DNA of 64,000 bases from Raillietiella orientalis (GCA_036172245.1 JAYWIR010000010.1:310001-374000), one strand, 5' to 3'. Counted from the first letter of the stretch, positions 50,001-60,780 are shown. Translations and numbers: made by a program. The notes: generated by a model from the sequence alone, not told the origin.

Positions 50001-53000
50001 TGGTCCTCAGCAGTGACGATCTTCCTGTGAGGTCGCTAATGGTCCTTGAAAAAGAGGGAAAAAAAGAGAAAGAGTGGTCAAGGGATTACTTTACTGCATC
50101 TGAACTCGGGCTTCCTTCAGTCGGCAATGCACGCATCCGAGGTCCCGAACATTCTTCAGCGGGGAACACTCCGTGCCTCCTCCACCACAAGAGTGGACAA
50201 CGAACGCTGAGGACCACTTCTCATCGACCGGAGCATCTCCTTGGAGGAGTAGGAGCAGCGGTCCTGAGAACCTGCAGTCCCAAACTACGGTTCGAGGTGG
50301 AGGCTTCCACGAGTATGACCAGAAAAGACGCGCGCGCGCGAGGACGGACAGGCAGGCGCTCTTTGCGGCCGCAGAGTCACGGCGCGGTCGCGACGAGACG
50401 CTGGGAAGTTCCTTCTGCCTTGTCCCGGAAGACGGATTCGCAAAGAGCATCCTCCTCCTGGAGAACGAGCTGGTGTGGAGCCTTCGAGCAGGAGCTGCTT
50501 GTTCCCTTTTCGCGCCGAAGAATGAAGGCTGCTTTCTGATTAGCATCTGAGAGAAGCTGAGACGACGAGCGGGAGATCACGTGGAATTGTTCGGACTGAA
50601 ACAGGAACGATCGCGAAAGTTTCCCGGGGATTCACATCGCTTAGATCTCATTTGTGGTTCTTCACCCAGGAGGAGGTTCTCTTTCTGGTCCAGGGATTCC
50701 TGAATGCAATCCGATACATGAAAGATCTTTCCTCCGATGCATCACAGTTGTTTTATTTGGGATCTTTTTTTGGTTTGAACCGTTCTTTCCGGTTTCAGCT
50801 TGCAAGTTTTCTTAGCGTGCCCGGTGGTCTGTTCCCGGCCCAGGGAACGCGGATGTCCAGCCCGAACCCGCGTTGGCATGCAGCGTCTGGAACACATTTG
50901 GAGAGCGAATCTGCAAAGACTTTTGCGGACCCAGAATCTAAAAGGATTGAGCCGTGTTCGGCCGGCATGTCCGATCCCACGAAACCAGGCAGGCGCTTCT
51001 TTTGGGGGGGAAAGCGGAGAGCAAAGGTGCGGAAGACAGCGGAAGACTTCTCACGGCGCGCAGTTCCCGTGGGGGACTCGGGGAAACCAAGGAGCTCTCA
51101 CGGATCACTGGCGCTTGCATCGTGCGCCGGGAGCCCGCCGTGCCGCACCAGCTGGTGACCCTCCGGTTTCCGCTGAGGAATAAATCTCAAAATCCCTGGT
51201 TCGCTTCGGATCGCTCGCGGAATGAGAGACTGCGGTGTCGCATCCCTGAGGCAGCACGGATGCCCGAGCTCGCGTTCCGTCCGTGTTCACCAATGCAACC
51301 GGCAAGTTTGGCCAAAGTGGTGCGCCCGCCGCCACCGCCAAATTTGTTTCGGTCCTGCAGAAGACGTTTCCATCCGAAAGTCCAGACGTACGTACAGTGC
51401 TGTGCGTGTAGGGGGTGGGGGGGGGGGCGGGGAGGTTTCCTTGTTAGCTTGTCCAGAAGCTGAGAATTGCCGCCGCCTGATCCAAAAAAGAAGCGAGCGG
51501 GCTGCTTCTGAATGCAACAAGAGAGCATTTAGACACGAAAGGGTTGGCCTCCTTGCCACAGATCCGTTTCCACCTCAAGGGCGGCATCCATTTGCCGCAT
51601 GCTGGTTCACCACTGTCCCCAAAGCCGCAGCATCCTGCGGCCCCTTCTCTTGGTTGGTTTGCAGGAAACCACCTGGAAAGGCACGCCTACCCGGGACGAA
51701 GGCACAAACCGGACGGAAGACTTCGCTGGATCAGTTCTTGAGATCGAGAATGTTCCGAGGAACGTTGGGGAATGCCACCGAGAGCGTGGCACTCCCCAGG
51801 TTTTACTCCAGCCGCCCTTGCGCCAGCGTGGACGAAGGCAGCTCGGAGATGAAGACAGCTAGGGGTTGGCGAAAGGGTGTCCCACATGGGGTGGGATTCG
51901 GGTCGAGATTGCGAGCGGGTCACGGTCACTATGCCTGCCACTCGCTCGCACTTCGGAATCGGTCTCTTTGGAATTCTTCAAAGCGTGAGGAGGTGCGCTG
52001 AAATGGCGCCTCGGCAAGAATGCGTCCATGGCTACAGAGACCGGGGGTGGGGGCATCCGATTCCTGCGATACACAGACAAGGCTGCGGAAAAAGTTTACA
52101 GCTGAGCACGAAAAATCGCGCGAGGTCTCCTCCGTCTTGGAGTCCGTGCGAAAGGCGAGAGGCAGGAATGGGCCCGCCAGCGGGACGCAGTGGGACGGAA
52201 GGAGCCCAAGCAGAGAGAAGCTGCTCCTGAAAAGGGCGGGGGGGAAAGCATCCATGAAGGACTTGCAGGGCATTCAGGGAGCGGCCACAGAGTTCTCTGT
52301 AGGTAGATTCTGGGTGCAAACCGGCCGGTGGTTTCTGTTTGAAACGGCAGAGGTCCTCAGTACAGACCTGTATCGCTGTATCGTACATTTTGCGACAGCA
52401 TGTTTTTTTTTTATTGCGTTCAAAGGCACTTCTTCGTCGATGCGATCGCTGCTTGGTCCAGCTCCGCGAGGATGGGGAGAACATCGGAAGCTGAGATGCT
52501 AGGAGGCAGTTCCAGGTTCGATGTTGGGGATCTCGACCCTAAAGCCACCATCCAAAGGCCCCTCTGAGGGCGAGAATTGGAAGCCTCTGCCGTTCGGAGT
52601 CCCTTCGTCTGCCCCATCGCGTCCCAGGACACCCGCGTGGCTCGTCGGCGCCGAATCGACGAGTGCCGACATTCCGCCGCTGCCGAGCGAAGCTTCCGGT
52701 CTCCTCCCTGCTCCGTGGCCACTCGTCTTCGTTTCGGAAGCATCAGAACGCTGTAGCGCGAGATCTTGCCGGCCTCCGTGGGTCGCCGTCTTTTTGCCTT
52801 GCGAGGATCACCCTCCGCTCTTCCCGCGAAGAGCTGCAGGAGGGACGACTCGTGCCGTTCGGCAGCCGCGAACCCCCGCCTTCTCTTTCGACCTCGCCTC
52901 GCGTCCTCCTTGCCCTTCGCAGCCTTGGTTCGCTCTGCCGAGTCGTAGCTAAAGAGACCCCCTCTTTCCGCTTGTGCGGTACTCCAGCGGGGCCGCCCCT

Positions 53001-53925
53001 TCCCCCGTGGCTCTCGAGCCTACGCTCGATGGCTCCGTCCGATTTGGAGCGGGAGCGACGTCTCCGTGCTCGTAGGAGAAACCACAGGATCTGGAGCTTT
53101 CGCCCTGGACGCAGCAGGTGCCAGCACGCATTCCAGGAGCTTCCGGGAGCTCCTCTTGACCTCCTCCTCGGAGGCGCGACGCGTTTCTTTGCTTCTCGGC
53201 ACTCCTGCTGAACGCGCGCGCTTTCGCGGTTCCGGCAGACCCTGACAGTGCCCTTCACGGATGCCACTGGCGGGAGAACATCGCGTGGACCGCCTTTTCA
53301 GGGTGAGAGGGCCGTTTAGGGCTTCTCAGCTCGTGAAAGAACGAGGAACATCATCACATCTGTCAGGTTGTTTGCGACGAGCTGAAGTCGGGCCTGCACA
53401 CGCTGTCGACTGCTCCGAAGTCTGGACAGTGCAAACACGAAGGGCAAGCAGCTTTCGAAATTCTCTTCTTAAACCACGGGGTTTCCTTCATTCTTCCACG
53501 TTACTGATCCACAGAGGAGTCCGAATTTGTAACTGTGGACGGCATTACAGTGGAACCTCGGTGCTCGTCGGTGATTCGTGACGAGTACCGAACGAGTTTT
53601 TTTTCTGGGCTTCGTGGTATCATTTTCAACCGTTTCAGGACCACGATTAACGCTTAAAATGCTCGGAAAAGCGCACGCAAAAAAAAGGGAACGATTGGGG
53701 AGGCACTCTATGCAAGCGTTCGGCACTAATCGCGAGCACACCACGAGACGAAAGCATCCATTCGTTCCAACGTGAAAGTGGGGTTTCGAGTTCCGAGCAT
53801 GCGCCGAGTGTCGAAGCAGTGTTTCTCCTCGTCAAAATGCGACGAGTACAGAGTTTGACGAGTTTCGACACCGTCGAGTACCGAGGCGTAGTAACTGTTG
53901 CAAACAGCTGCATACCTTTCTTTTT

Positions 53926-53981
<56 letters not shown>

Positions 53982-54531
53982 CAAAATTTTTTCGTGACAT
54001 GGACCGCGTGTGTCTATATGTGTATATATAAACAAACACTTGAATGAGCCGTGTATGACTCTGATGACTTTTATTTCACAGATCATAATGCAAGTATACG
54101 AGCATGCAGCGGTGCATGATGCGACCAAAGTCGCACTGCCCGCAGCGAACATGACCAGGAGCTCGTGGCCACTTTTACCTTCCGGGTCGAAGAGGCAAGA
54201 CGGCGTCTGCGTTCGGAACGACGACTGGATCGCCAAAGAGTTGCCCGTGCCGGCTTTGCAGGCAAGGTGCCCCCTGTGCAGGGCGGAAAGGGGAAATTCC
54301 GAGGAAGCGCTCCCGTTCTACGAATGCCCTTGCCAGCAGCAAAGGTCGGTGACTTTGGACTCGGCCGCCGGTTCCTCGAGAAAGTCCTCGGGAAGTTTAA
54401 AGTGCAACGATAAGGAGTCGGAGCCGAACTGGGAAATCAAAATGCTGGCGGAGAACCTTTTCTCCAACGCAGACATAATCCCGAGCTCAGATGCTTCGTC
54501 AAACGGTGACTCAAACAGTGATACAGGCTAG
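7273..54531 (+). CDS. Cngl: Cyclic nucleotide-gated cation channel, CNG-like (Cngl) subfamily; spliced CDS join(7273-8006,24209-24267,37180-37241,37369-37457,37513-37618,38888-39042,39174-39257,44382-44478,44526-44713,44768-46508,46625-46732,54082-54531); 5' end not found
   Basis: All 11 introns are GT..AG and phases are consistent (2,1,0,2,0,2,2,0,2,0,0). Total 3873 nt = 1290 aa + stop. Contains S1-S6, pore [12 protein letters not shown]-linker, and CNBD with FGEIGIL...[11 protein letters not shown]. The stretch [31 protein letters not shown]...[35 protein letters not shown] matches Drosophila Cngl as I recall it. Confidence 0.9.
8250..8900 (-). mobile_element. Decayed non-LTR (possibly RTE-like) RT relic
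   Basis: INDGVLQ (GVxQG-like) followed by LNYGEP (LLYGxE-like). Confidence 0.28.
9730..10700 (-). mobile_element. Decayed CR1/L2/Jockey-like RT relic
   Basis: [21 protein letters not shown] (SGVPQGS-like), AFCSDFAV (FADD-like) and FKIYN...VPSIW, in order. Confidence 0.4.
11617..11664. repeat. Perfect 22-bp inverted repeat with 4-nt loop
   Basis: tttccaaacagaaggggccttt-tcgg-aaaggccccttctgtttggaaa. Confidence 0.95.
11990..12860 (+). mobile_element. Decayed non-LTR RT relic
   Basis: [23 protein letters not shown] and [11 protein letters not shown] (LYKAQVRPxME-like). Confidence 0.35.
19500..22400 (-). mobile_element. Decayed Ty3/Gypsy LTR-retrotransposon pol relic
   Basis: Motif ghosts in PR-RT-INT order: [18 protein letters not shown] (protease-like), [29 protein letters not shown] (RT-like), IQEVQVDFA and [10 protein letters not shown] (integrase-like). 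Many frameshifts; no LTRs recognised. Confidence 0.5.
23332..23904 (+). repeat. Dispersed repeat family R1, copy 1 (Cngl intron A-B)
   Basis: 23366-23841 is identical to 26672-27147; 23342-23735 is the reverse complement of 38352-38745 with one difference. Confidence 0.95.
24209..24267 (+). CDS. Cngl: Cngl coding exon B (S6), 59 bp
   Basis: ttttcag acceptor; (E)[19 protein letters not shown](G); G|gtgagt donor; phases match both neighbours. Confidence 0.93.
26629..27213 (+). repeat. Dispersed repeat family R1, copy 2 (Cngl intron B-C)
   Basis: 476-bp exact match to copy 1 at an offset of 3306 bp; diverged similarity continues on both sides. Confidence 0.95.
27700..28500 (-). mobile_element. 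Decayed non-LTR RT relic
   Basis: [23 protein letters not shown] (IFN...WKxA...K-like), then DLGKTF (DxxKAF-like). Confidence 0.3.
31101..31450 (+). mobile_element. Diverged, internally deleted copy of SINE-like family S1
   Basis: ggtccgcgtt head and ttcgggattccccttcggagacaaccaggg, matching ttcgggatttccttcggagacagccaggg in copy B. Confidence 0.45.
33587..33608. repeat. (GTGC)n microsatellite
   Basis: About 5.5 GTGC units. Confidence 0.85.
33650..34000 (-). mobile_element. Decayed non-LTR RT relic abutting SINE copy A
   Basis: [16 protein letters not shown] and KYGHRVL...TSFQKCH resemble the post-YADD region of LINE RT. Confidence 0.28.
34005..34777 (+). mobile_element. tRNA-derived SINE-like element, family S1, copy A
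   Basis: A-box-like TGGCGGTGCGG (34017-34027), perfect B box GGTTCGAATCC (34064-34074) within a gcggg/cccgc T-stem, body shared with two other copies, 3' motif aagagcttc...gaacggatcttcag, poly(A) at 34765-34777. Confidence 0.75.
35216..35235. repeat. (AT)n microsatellite
   Basis: About 10 AT units within an AT-rich island. Confidence 0.9.
37180..37241 (+). CDS. Cngl: Cngl coding exon C (end of S6, start of C-linker)
   Basis: ttccag acceptor; (G)[23 protein letters not shown]|gtaagc donor. Confidence 0.93.
37369..37457 (+). CDS. Cngl: Cngl coding exon D (C-linker)
   Basis: cttctag acceptor; [29 protein letters not shown](R); AG|gtgaat donor. Confidence 0.93.
37513..37618 (+). CDS. Cngl: Cngl coding exon E (C-linker)
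   Basis: tttctag acceptor; [38 protein letters not shown]|gtaact donor. Confidence 0.93.
38320..38755 (-). repeat. Dispersed repeat family R1, copy 3, inverted (Cngl intron E-F)
   Basis: 394-bp reverse-complement match to copy 1 with a single difference (23589/38498); its tail is an AT-shifted variant. Confidence 0.95.
38888..39042 (+). CDS. Cngl: Cngl coding exon F (CNBD N-part)
   Basis: tttcag acceptor; [51 protein letters not shown](S); AG|gtaatc donor. Confidence 0.95.
39174..39257 (+). CDS. Cngl: Cngl coding exon G (phosphate-binding cassette)
   Basis: ttttcag acceptor; [27 protein letters not shown](R); CG|gtattt donor. Confidence 0.94.
41200..41950 (+). mobile_element. Decayed CR1/L2-like RT relic
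   Basis: [21 protein letters not shown] (QxGFR motif), then GVFRGS (GVPQGS-like). Confidence 0.42.
42456..43203 (+). mobile_element. SINE-like family S1, copy B
   Basis: ccaggcgtcgcgggttggaatccc head; colinear blocks with copy A (cctccatcg, tccagagtgtc, ggagcagatcctt, aagagcttc, gaacggttcttcag). Confidence 0.75.
44382..44478 (+). CDS. Cngl: Cngl coding exon H (CNBD C-part)
   Basis: ttttgcag acceptor; [35 protein letters not shown]|gtaagc donor. Confidence 0.94.
44526..44713 (+). CDS. Cngl: Cngl coding exon I (C-helix and post-CNBD helix)
   Basis: Follows a 47-bp intron ending ctataag; [17 protein letters not shown]...[22 protein letters not shown]; putative donor AC|gtaggg. Confidence 0.85.
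44768..46508 (+). CDS. Cngl: Cngl coding exon J (long, probably disordered C-terminal region)
   Basis: Lies within the longest ORF of the window (44745-46601), S/E/K/P-rich. The attccag acceptor at 44767 restores phase 2; CTG|gtaagg donor at 46509. Confidence 0.8.
46625..46732 (+). CDS. Cngl: Cngl coding exon K (predicted coiled coil)
   Basis: tgtttcag acceptor; [36 protein letters not shown] with heptad-like pattern; CAG|gtcaca donor (weak). Confidence 0.75.
49248..49948 (+). mobile_element. SINE-like family S1, copy C
   Basis: ggcccgcgtt head, decayed B box ggtttgaaccc, colinear blocks (aaggatcgac, gttgactggccgg, ttctcctcaaaggag, acggttcttcag), short A-tail at 49941-49948. Confidence 0.75.
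51620..51700 (+). mobile_element. Possible LINE AP-endonuclease motif relic
   Basis: [11 protein letters not shown] resembles the I(G/C)LQETW motif; single motif only. Confidence 0.25.
53930..53979 (+). repeat. A50 homopolymer
   Basis: 50 consecutive A. Confidence 0.95.
54082..54531 (+). CDS. Cngl: Cngl probable terminal coding exon L
   Basis: ttttatttcacag acceptor in phase 0; IIMQVYE...[14 protein letters not shown]...DSNSDTG*; AATAAA 119 bp after the stop. Confidence 0.7.
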   Translation: MIMQVYEHAAVHDATKVALPAANMTRSSWPLLPSGSKRQDGVCVRNDDWIAKELPVPALQARCPLCRAERGNSEEALPFYECPCQQQRSVTLDSAAGSSRKSSGSLKCNDKESEPNWEIKMLAENLFSNADIIPSSDASSNGDSNSDTG

Positions 54532-54649
54532 CCTGGATCGTTCCAGCAGGACGGGGATCTTTCGTGGGAGGGACGTGGGATTTTGTGATCGTGGAAAAAC
54601 TAATCTTGTACTTCAAAGGTATATTTTTGAAAATTTAATTTTAAAAGGC

Positions 54650-54655
54650 AATAAA
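54650..54655 (+). terminator. Candidate polyadenylation signal of Cngl
   Basis: AATAAA in an AT-rich patch shortly after the predicted stop at 54531. Confidence 0.4.
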
Positions 54656-55840
54656 ATTGGACATCCGATCGAAAGGAATGGAAGAAGAAAAAAAAAGGGA
54701 TACCTGGAACGGACGGTTCGTAACGTGCGGGAACGCGAGGATCGGTGGTTCCCCAGCACCATCCTGAAGGCGTCTTCCCTCTGCAGCGCACCGTGCTCGC
54801 CCCGCGGTCCCGAGATGCACCGGCAAAAGATCTCCAGCCGAGGCCCGACCACCGATCTCGTATGGGAAGAGGGAGCGAGAACGCACTCTTGGAGGAAGCC
54901 GGTTGCAGAAAGAGGTCGAAGGAGCTGCGGCGGAAACCCGCGAGCGAGCAGCTGGACCGCAGCGGATTGACCCCATCCAGAGCATTCAGCAGCGGGGGTC
55001 GGATCCTTGCGAAGGAATGGCGTTCCGTTCCTGGGACACGTGGCGGGCAGTCTTGAGGGTGCACACGCATTCGGTCCGAGTTCTTTCGTAGGGCACCCCA
55101 GAGTCCGATGCCGTGGCGGCTCGCATTTGGCACATATATAGAGATAGATATATGTTTTTCCCCCTCTCCAAATTTTTCCGCTCTCTTCCTTTTGCTCTCA
55201 GGAACTCTGCGATCCGACTGTCCAGCACCTTTTTCGTAAGAGAAGCAAAATCCAGCCTTTCGGTCCTCCAGGCGATTACAAGAGAAAGCGAAAGCGACTC
55301 TAGAAAGAAGAAGATGAACAGCACAATGCTCTTTGCGGGCCAGAATACAACTTTGCCTGCTTTCCGCTGCCCTTGGGCCGTGTAGCTCCTTGCAAGTTCC
55401 TCTCTTGCCGTCTAACTGCAAGCGGTTTGGAATCCGGCTCCACCGCTTCCGATCCTCTTCCCCATGATTGGTAAGCAACGCTTCCCTTCCTGAACAACGG
55501 AAGGCCTCAGGGCTAATATATGCCACCCCATGAGGAAAAAGGAAATCCGAGAGGAGCCCAAAGGACTCTGGATCTTTTTTTTCTCTGACGCGACTTAGGG
55601 CTCGTTCCTCATTGTGGGTACTTACAGTGAACCGTGTTTTCCGGTCCAGTTCCACAGGAGCACGATCCCCCTTTACAGCTCTCTTCGGAGATACAAATGA
55701 TTTCTTGGAATCACAGCTATAAACACGTCAAACATGTCATTCGTTTCTGCTCCGTGCTCTGCGCGCGCACGTGCGCAGATGCGAGTGCGCCCGAAGGCCA
55801 TGAGCGCCCGGCGCCATGTACGAACACAGAGACAACAACA

Positions 55841-55865
55841 ACACACACACACACACACACACACA
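55841..55865. repeat. (AC)n microsatellite
   Basis: About 12 AC units. Confidence 0.9.
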
Positions 55866-56899
55866 ATTACCTGTAGCCACAAACGTCGCGCTCCATGTGT
55901 GTTTAGCCACCTCCAGAGTTCAGAGAGGTGCTCACAGAGTTCAGACAAAGAGAGATCAAACTGAAAGCGAAGCAAAAAGGATTTTCGGTTCCCGTTCGGA
56001 GGCAGGAGGAGCGCCGGGAGATTCTGAGAGGATCTCCGCGTATCCCTTCGTTCAACCATAAATCCACATAGAGATAACATCCTTTCATGAATTCTTCCGA
56101 AGAAGACTTTGATATTCGGCACAGATAAAGTTCGATCGATCTCCTTGCTCTCGTCCCCTCAGCTGCCCCCATATGACGCCGCACGAGCGAGAAAAAACAA
56201 AAAAAACAAAAAAAAACAGGGAGAACAACGTTCCGGCATCGGGGTTTCCTTCTCTTTTCGTTGTCTCTTTCTTCCTTTCTTTTTTTTCTTTCCGGGATTG
56301 TGACAGAACCCTCTTCTCTCGGCTGATGAGTTCACTTGGGCATTATTTTTCCTGCATCTCGGCAATCAACATAACGCGTCCATATTAATCACGTGACAGA
56401 GCATTTGCGCGGGAGCAGGCCTGCCAGCGCCTCGAGATCGCGTCTTCATTCGAGTTGCCATCCATATCTGCCTCCGCAAAATGGTCGAAAGTTCCACTCT
56501 GCGACGTCTCTTTCTTTGACCTCTCAACCCAAACTGGACGATGTCGCCTGTTTCCTTTGAGAGCGGTTTCGGGATCGTTCTTTTTTTTTTTTTCCTTTCC
56601 CCTATCTAAAAATAATGAATCCATCCAATGGTGACCAAAGCATCCGCTTCATCCTGATGCTTCCCAAGGCCTAATATTTCAGCGATGCTTATCCTGCGGC
56701 ATTAAGATGCATTTGATTCTGCTAAAAAGACCTTTCGGTATCTTCGGAGCTCTGCCAAAAGAATGACAAAATTTGCGAGTAAAAACCCTTCCAAAGCATC
56801 TGGTTTTTCGGGCACAAATCAAGAAACACGAGATCAGAATTAAGGACGACCCGAGAAGTCAAGTAGGAACGAGCCGTGTGCAGAATCCACATCGTCTCC

Positions 56900-58580
56900 T
56901 CTCATTTTTCAAAGAGGCAGACTCACACTCCACAAGTGCGTAACGAAATTTGTAACGAATGCTCTTCACCCACAATTGTGCTCATCTTCAAGACAGATCC
57001 CCTGAACGTAGCCTGTGGCTACTGCATTAGCTACCCACTCGCTGCTAAAGTTTGTCATGTTGATCGATTGCATAGATGCTCACAACAAAAACCCTACGTA
57101 TCTGCAGACCGGCGTGGAGCAAACATCGGACGTCACGACGTGTCCCAAATACAAATGTGTCTCGACATTTTTAAAGAAGGGAGACAGCTGGGCAGGGAAC
57201 CATTCGGAAGATTCACCCCGTCGCCGGAGGAACGTAACCTGCATGGCTCGACAGAAGGAGGGCACTCCGTTGACAGGCAGCTGAAGACATAAAAAAAAAG
57301 AAAAGAAAAAAAACAACAACTGAAGGTGGCAACGCGAAATGCCGGCAATGAATTGAGACAAAATATTCCCCATTCGCGGAGCTCTTGACTAGCGGTAGGA
57401 ACAACGCACGGAAGAACCCGGTGGAAGACGGTCGTCTGTAATGGAATTCGAGGAACCGGCGAGTCAGTGGATGACCACCATTGGAATTTCATGGTTGCGC
57501 TTACGTATCGTCCTCGCTTTCGCGATGCCCAAAGGGATGCCACAGAGTCCGCATTTCATGGATTGCAGTTGCTGATCACGACCAGCAGTCTCCTGACTTT
57601 CTTTTTCTGATGCATCAGCCTTCCGTTCTATGTCAGCCCTTTTTCGTGAAACCAAGATTGAAACGAAGGGATGAGACCTGGCTGCTCAAACTAACGCGCA
57701 CTATTATAACATGGTACGTAAGAATGATTGATACTGTTCCCATGAAACGGAAGAAACACACACATTTTCGGAAGGTGCATCCTCTAAAGTGGAATCATCT
57801 GTCGATCTTTGACAACGTAGTACGTACTGCTATTGGGAAGAAGAAAAAAAGGACGCGTGCTTAATGGAAATCATGGTCGACACTGGTAGTATTTTAACGT
57901 TTTTGAAAGAGCCCTGAAAATCATGGTCAAAGATCACCGTTCGGAATTTTCAAAAAGACGTGGAACGTAACGAATGAGTTCGAATGAGCAGTGCTATGAG
58001 CGGCACATCATGCGATCTGAGGCAGATCGTTTGCTCAAGAGTAAAATGAGGTACACATTGATTCGGCACTACTTCACGCGTTCAGCGGTGTGTCACTTCC
58101 CCCAGAGAGGTCAACTGATTGGGGAAAAAAAAAAAAAATCCACAGCAAATACCCGGCGCACTAATTCGCGTATACAAAGTGTTCATGTTGTGTTGCTTTG
58201 AAACACACGGTCCGGTCCTTGGGAGCGACAAGACTACTTGTTGCTCTCGCCTCGTCACTCAACACCACATTTTCCTCATTTCGGCCGACAGGCCCCTCCC
58301 TTGGACGTGTCAGAGTTCAAGGGGGAAACCACGGAGCGAAGCAACAGGCAGTCTCCATCCACCAAGCTGAGCCGAATCAGTCCACAGTTTGTTTCTAATC
58401 CTTTCGGAACTTGGAATGTTTGAGGCCAAGCAGCACTTCATCACAAGTCAAGTCTCAAGATGTACTTGGAGCACAGGGTGGAACAAACAGAAAGTTCCGT
58501 TTCAGCGAAGTTCTGTAGTAAACGTGTACCACGCCGCTCCACTAGTGGCTAGGCTTTGGGAAATAGATTGTTCCTTTACC
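56900..58580 (+). mobile_element. Decayed CR1-like RT relic
   Basis: IFK/KGDSWAGNH (PIFKKGD...NYRP-like), RYTLIRHYF, LIRVYKVF and VARLWE, in order. Confidence 0.42.
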
Positions 58581-60357
58581 GTTTCAAGGAAATAGCTACG
58601 CATTTTGGAAACAAGAAAAACACACGCACACAGACACACATATCGACACGCTTGGCGGGAAAATTCGTCATGGAGAGGAGAACATACTACGTTTGTCTTT
58701 TTCATTCTTTTTTACGACTTGCTTTCTGGTAAGAGAACTCGCAGTTTGCGGGATGCAAGTGTGGCAGCACATCATGCCTGCTTGGACGTCTGGCTATGCC
58801 TGCAGGGTGGTTTAATACAAGTAGCGAAGTCAATGGTTAAATGGTACGTATTCAATTATTGATGGGCAGGCGGCGGGTTAAGCAACATGACTGCCCGCCT
58901 ATCAGTGCTTCGGGGCACGTGCATGCTAAGGACACGTAAAAGTTCCGCTAGGATGGACGTCTCTTAATGAGCGATCCACAGCAGAGTTCAGCGTACTCCA
59001 ATCCAATTCGAAAATGATAATGATGGCGAGCTTGCGATTGTAAACAATCCGGGAACGTCATGGAGTGGTCTGAACGGAATGCTTCGTTCTGGGGCCGCCG
59101 CTCCGGACCTCGGAATCCTCAAGATTCCCACACAGGTAACCACGAGGATTCGACAAAGGGCTTCATCGTGAGGCGCAAGAGACAGCGTAATTGATTAAGA
59201 TGTATCTTTACTCCATGATCCGTTGATCTCGACTGGCTTGATTCGTACGCAGGGCGTTCAGCATCCCTTTGCCCCTTGGCATTCGGTCAAACACCGGAGA
59301 TGCATCACGTTGATTCATCCAGAACGACCTTCCGAAGGGAACAGTGGAGATGGCGGGGCTCTCTGCATTCCCACCTTCCGGGGACCACAGAGAGAAGACA
59401 CTCCGTCTGCCGGCGAGGGGCACCACTTCCGTAGGGAAGTAAGCGAAGGAATGACTTTCTTTCGTGTGCAAAACGTACAACCGGGAGACGCGTACCATCC
59501 GCGAGGGAAACCGACCGTCGAAGGACCGCTGAAAGACGAGGCGGCGGCGACGAAACCTGCAACAAGGCAGCAGTGTCTTGTTGCAGGTTCCACCTGCAAC
59601 AACAGCAGCACCTTGCTCAGTGTACATTGATGCAGCGGTAGGCGAGTGCTGCAAGGATTACCGGGGGGCCCGCCCGTGTTGCCGCCGCCAAGAGGCTGGT
59701 ACGGAATGTGGCGGAAGAGACCGCCAGCGCGCGTGCACCCGGGAGTATCCTGGGCGCGCGTGCAGGGCGGCTGCTCGGGGTGGTGGTCAGCGCTGGGTCA
59801 CGGAAATGCGTAAAGGCTTCCAACACCTGCAGCCGCACCCTTTCCACGCACGCACTACAATGAAAAGAACCGTTTCTCGGTCTTGTTCCCCCAACACCTT
59901 GCTCCGGTATGTACAGCTTGGTCGGGTTTTTCAGCATTGGCATTACGTGGGGGAGGGGGGGAGAGACACTTGTCCATTCAGTTTTGTCGCTCCCCGTGTA
60001 GTGGATTGAAAAGGTGGTCGGATTCGCACGCCACACACGCCCAACAGAAATTCCACCTTCAGCCACTGAAAGCTTTAACTGTTGGCTCGTTTAATCGTTG
60101 CGTAATTTATGTGTTATGCATGTGTTTTCCTGTTCAGGCATTATTTGTATTCAACACACACAAAGTCAAAATACCAAATTTGATCGCTTTGCGTGCCTTC
60201 ACTGTTAACACACTTCTAGCTCCATGATTCCGTGTTTCAGGCCATGAATTTTCGAGTTCGAATTAGTTCAACAGCTGTGGGTATGTACCATTGTATATTC
60301 ATATTACATTTTAAAAGTTACAAAGTAATCTGAAACTTTCTTCTACAGTACTATTTT

Positions 60358-60363
60358 TTTATT
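60358..60363 (-). terminator. Candidate polyadenylation signal of Orai
   Basis: AATAAA on the - strand about 420 bp past the Orai stop, near the compositional boundary. Confidence 0.35.
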
Positions 60364-60780
60364 TTTTTAAAAGCATCAGTATATCAATCATTATTGAGTG
60401 TACATCAATATTATGGCCATCAGCCAGCATACAAGCAATATCACAGAACGTAACATCACCAAAGTTGTAAACATTGATATAAAAATGTCTATAGAGCACT
60501 CGTATTAATGTCTTTGAGCACAAGAAATCCTCATTATAACTTAATGCAGTTTGTCCTCCATACAACCTGTATCATAATATCCTGTAAGAGTTTCTCACCA
60601 GCACATTAACTACTACACTGTGAATAACAATGTCATGTTGCATTCAACTCATGGCAGTTAATGTGTTTAATAATTCATTACATGTGCTGAGATGAGATGA
60701 GTCTCAAATTGCAGATCACTATCAAGATATCATCAAAATGCAAAAAAAAAATGAAAAATAAAATATTGCAAGTTCTAAAA

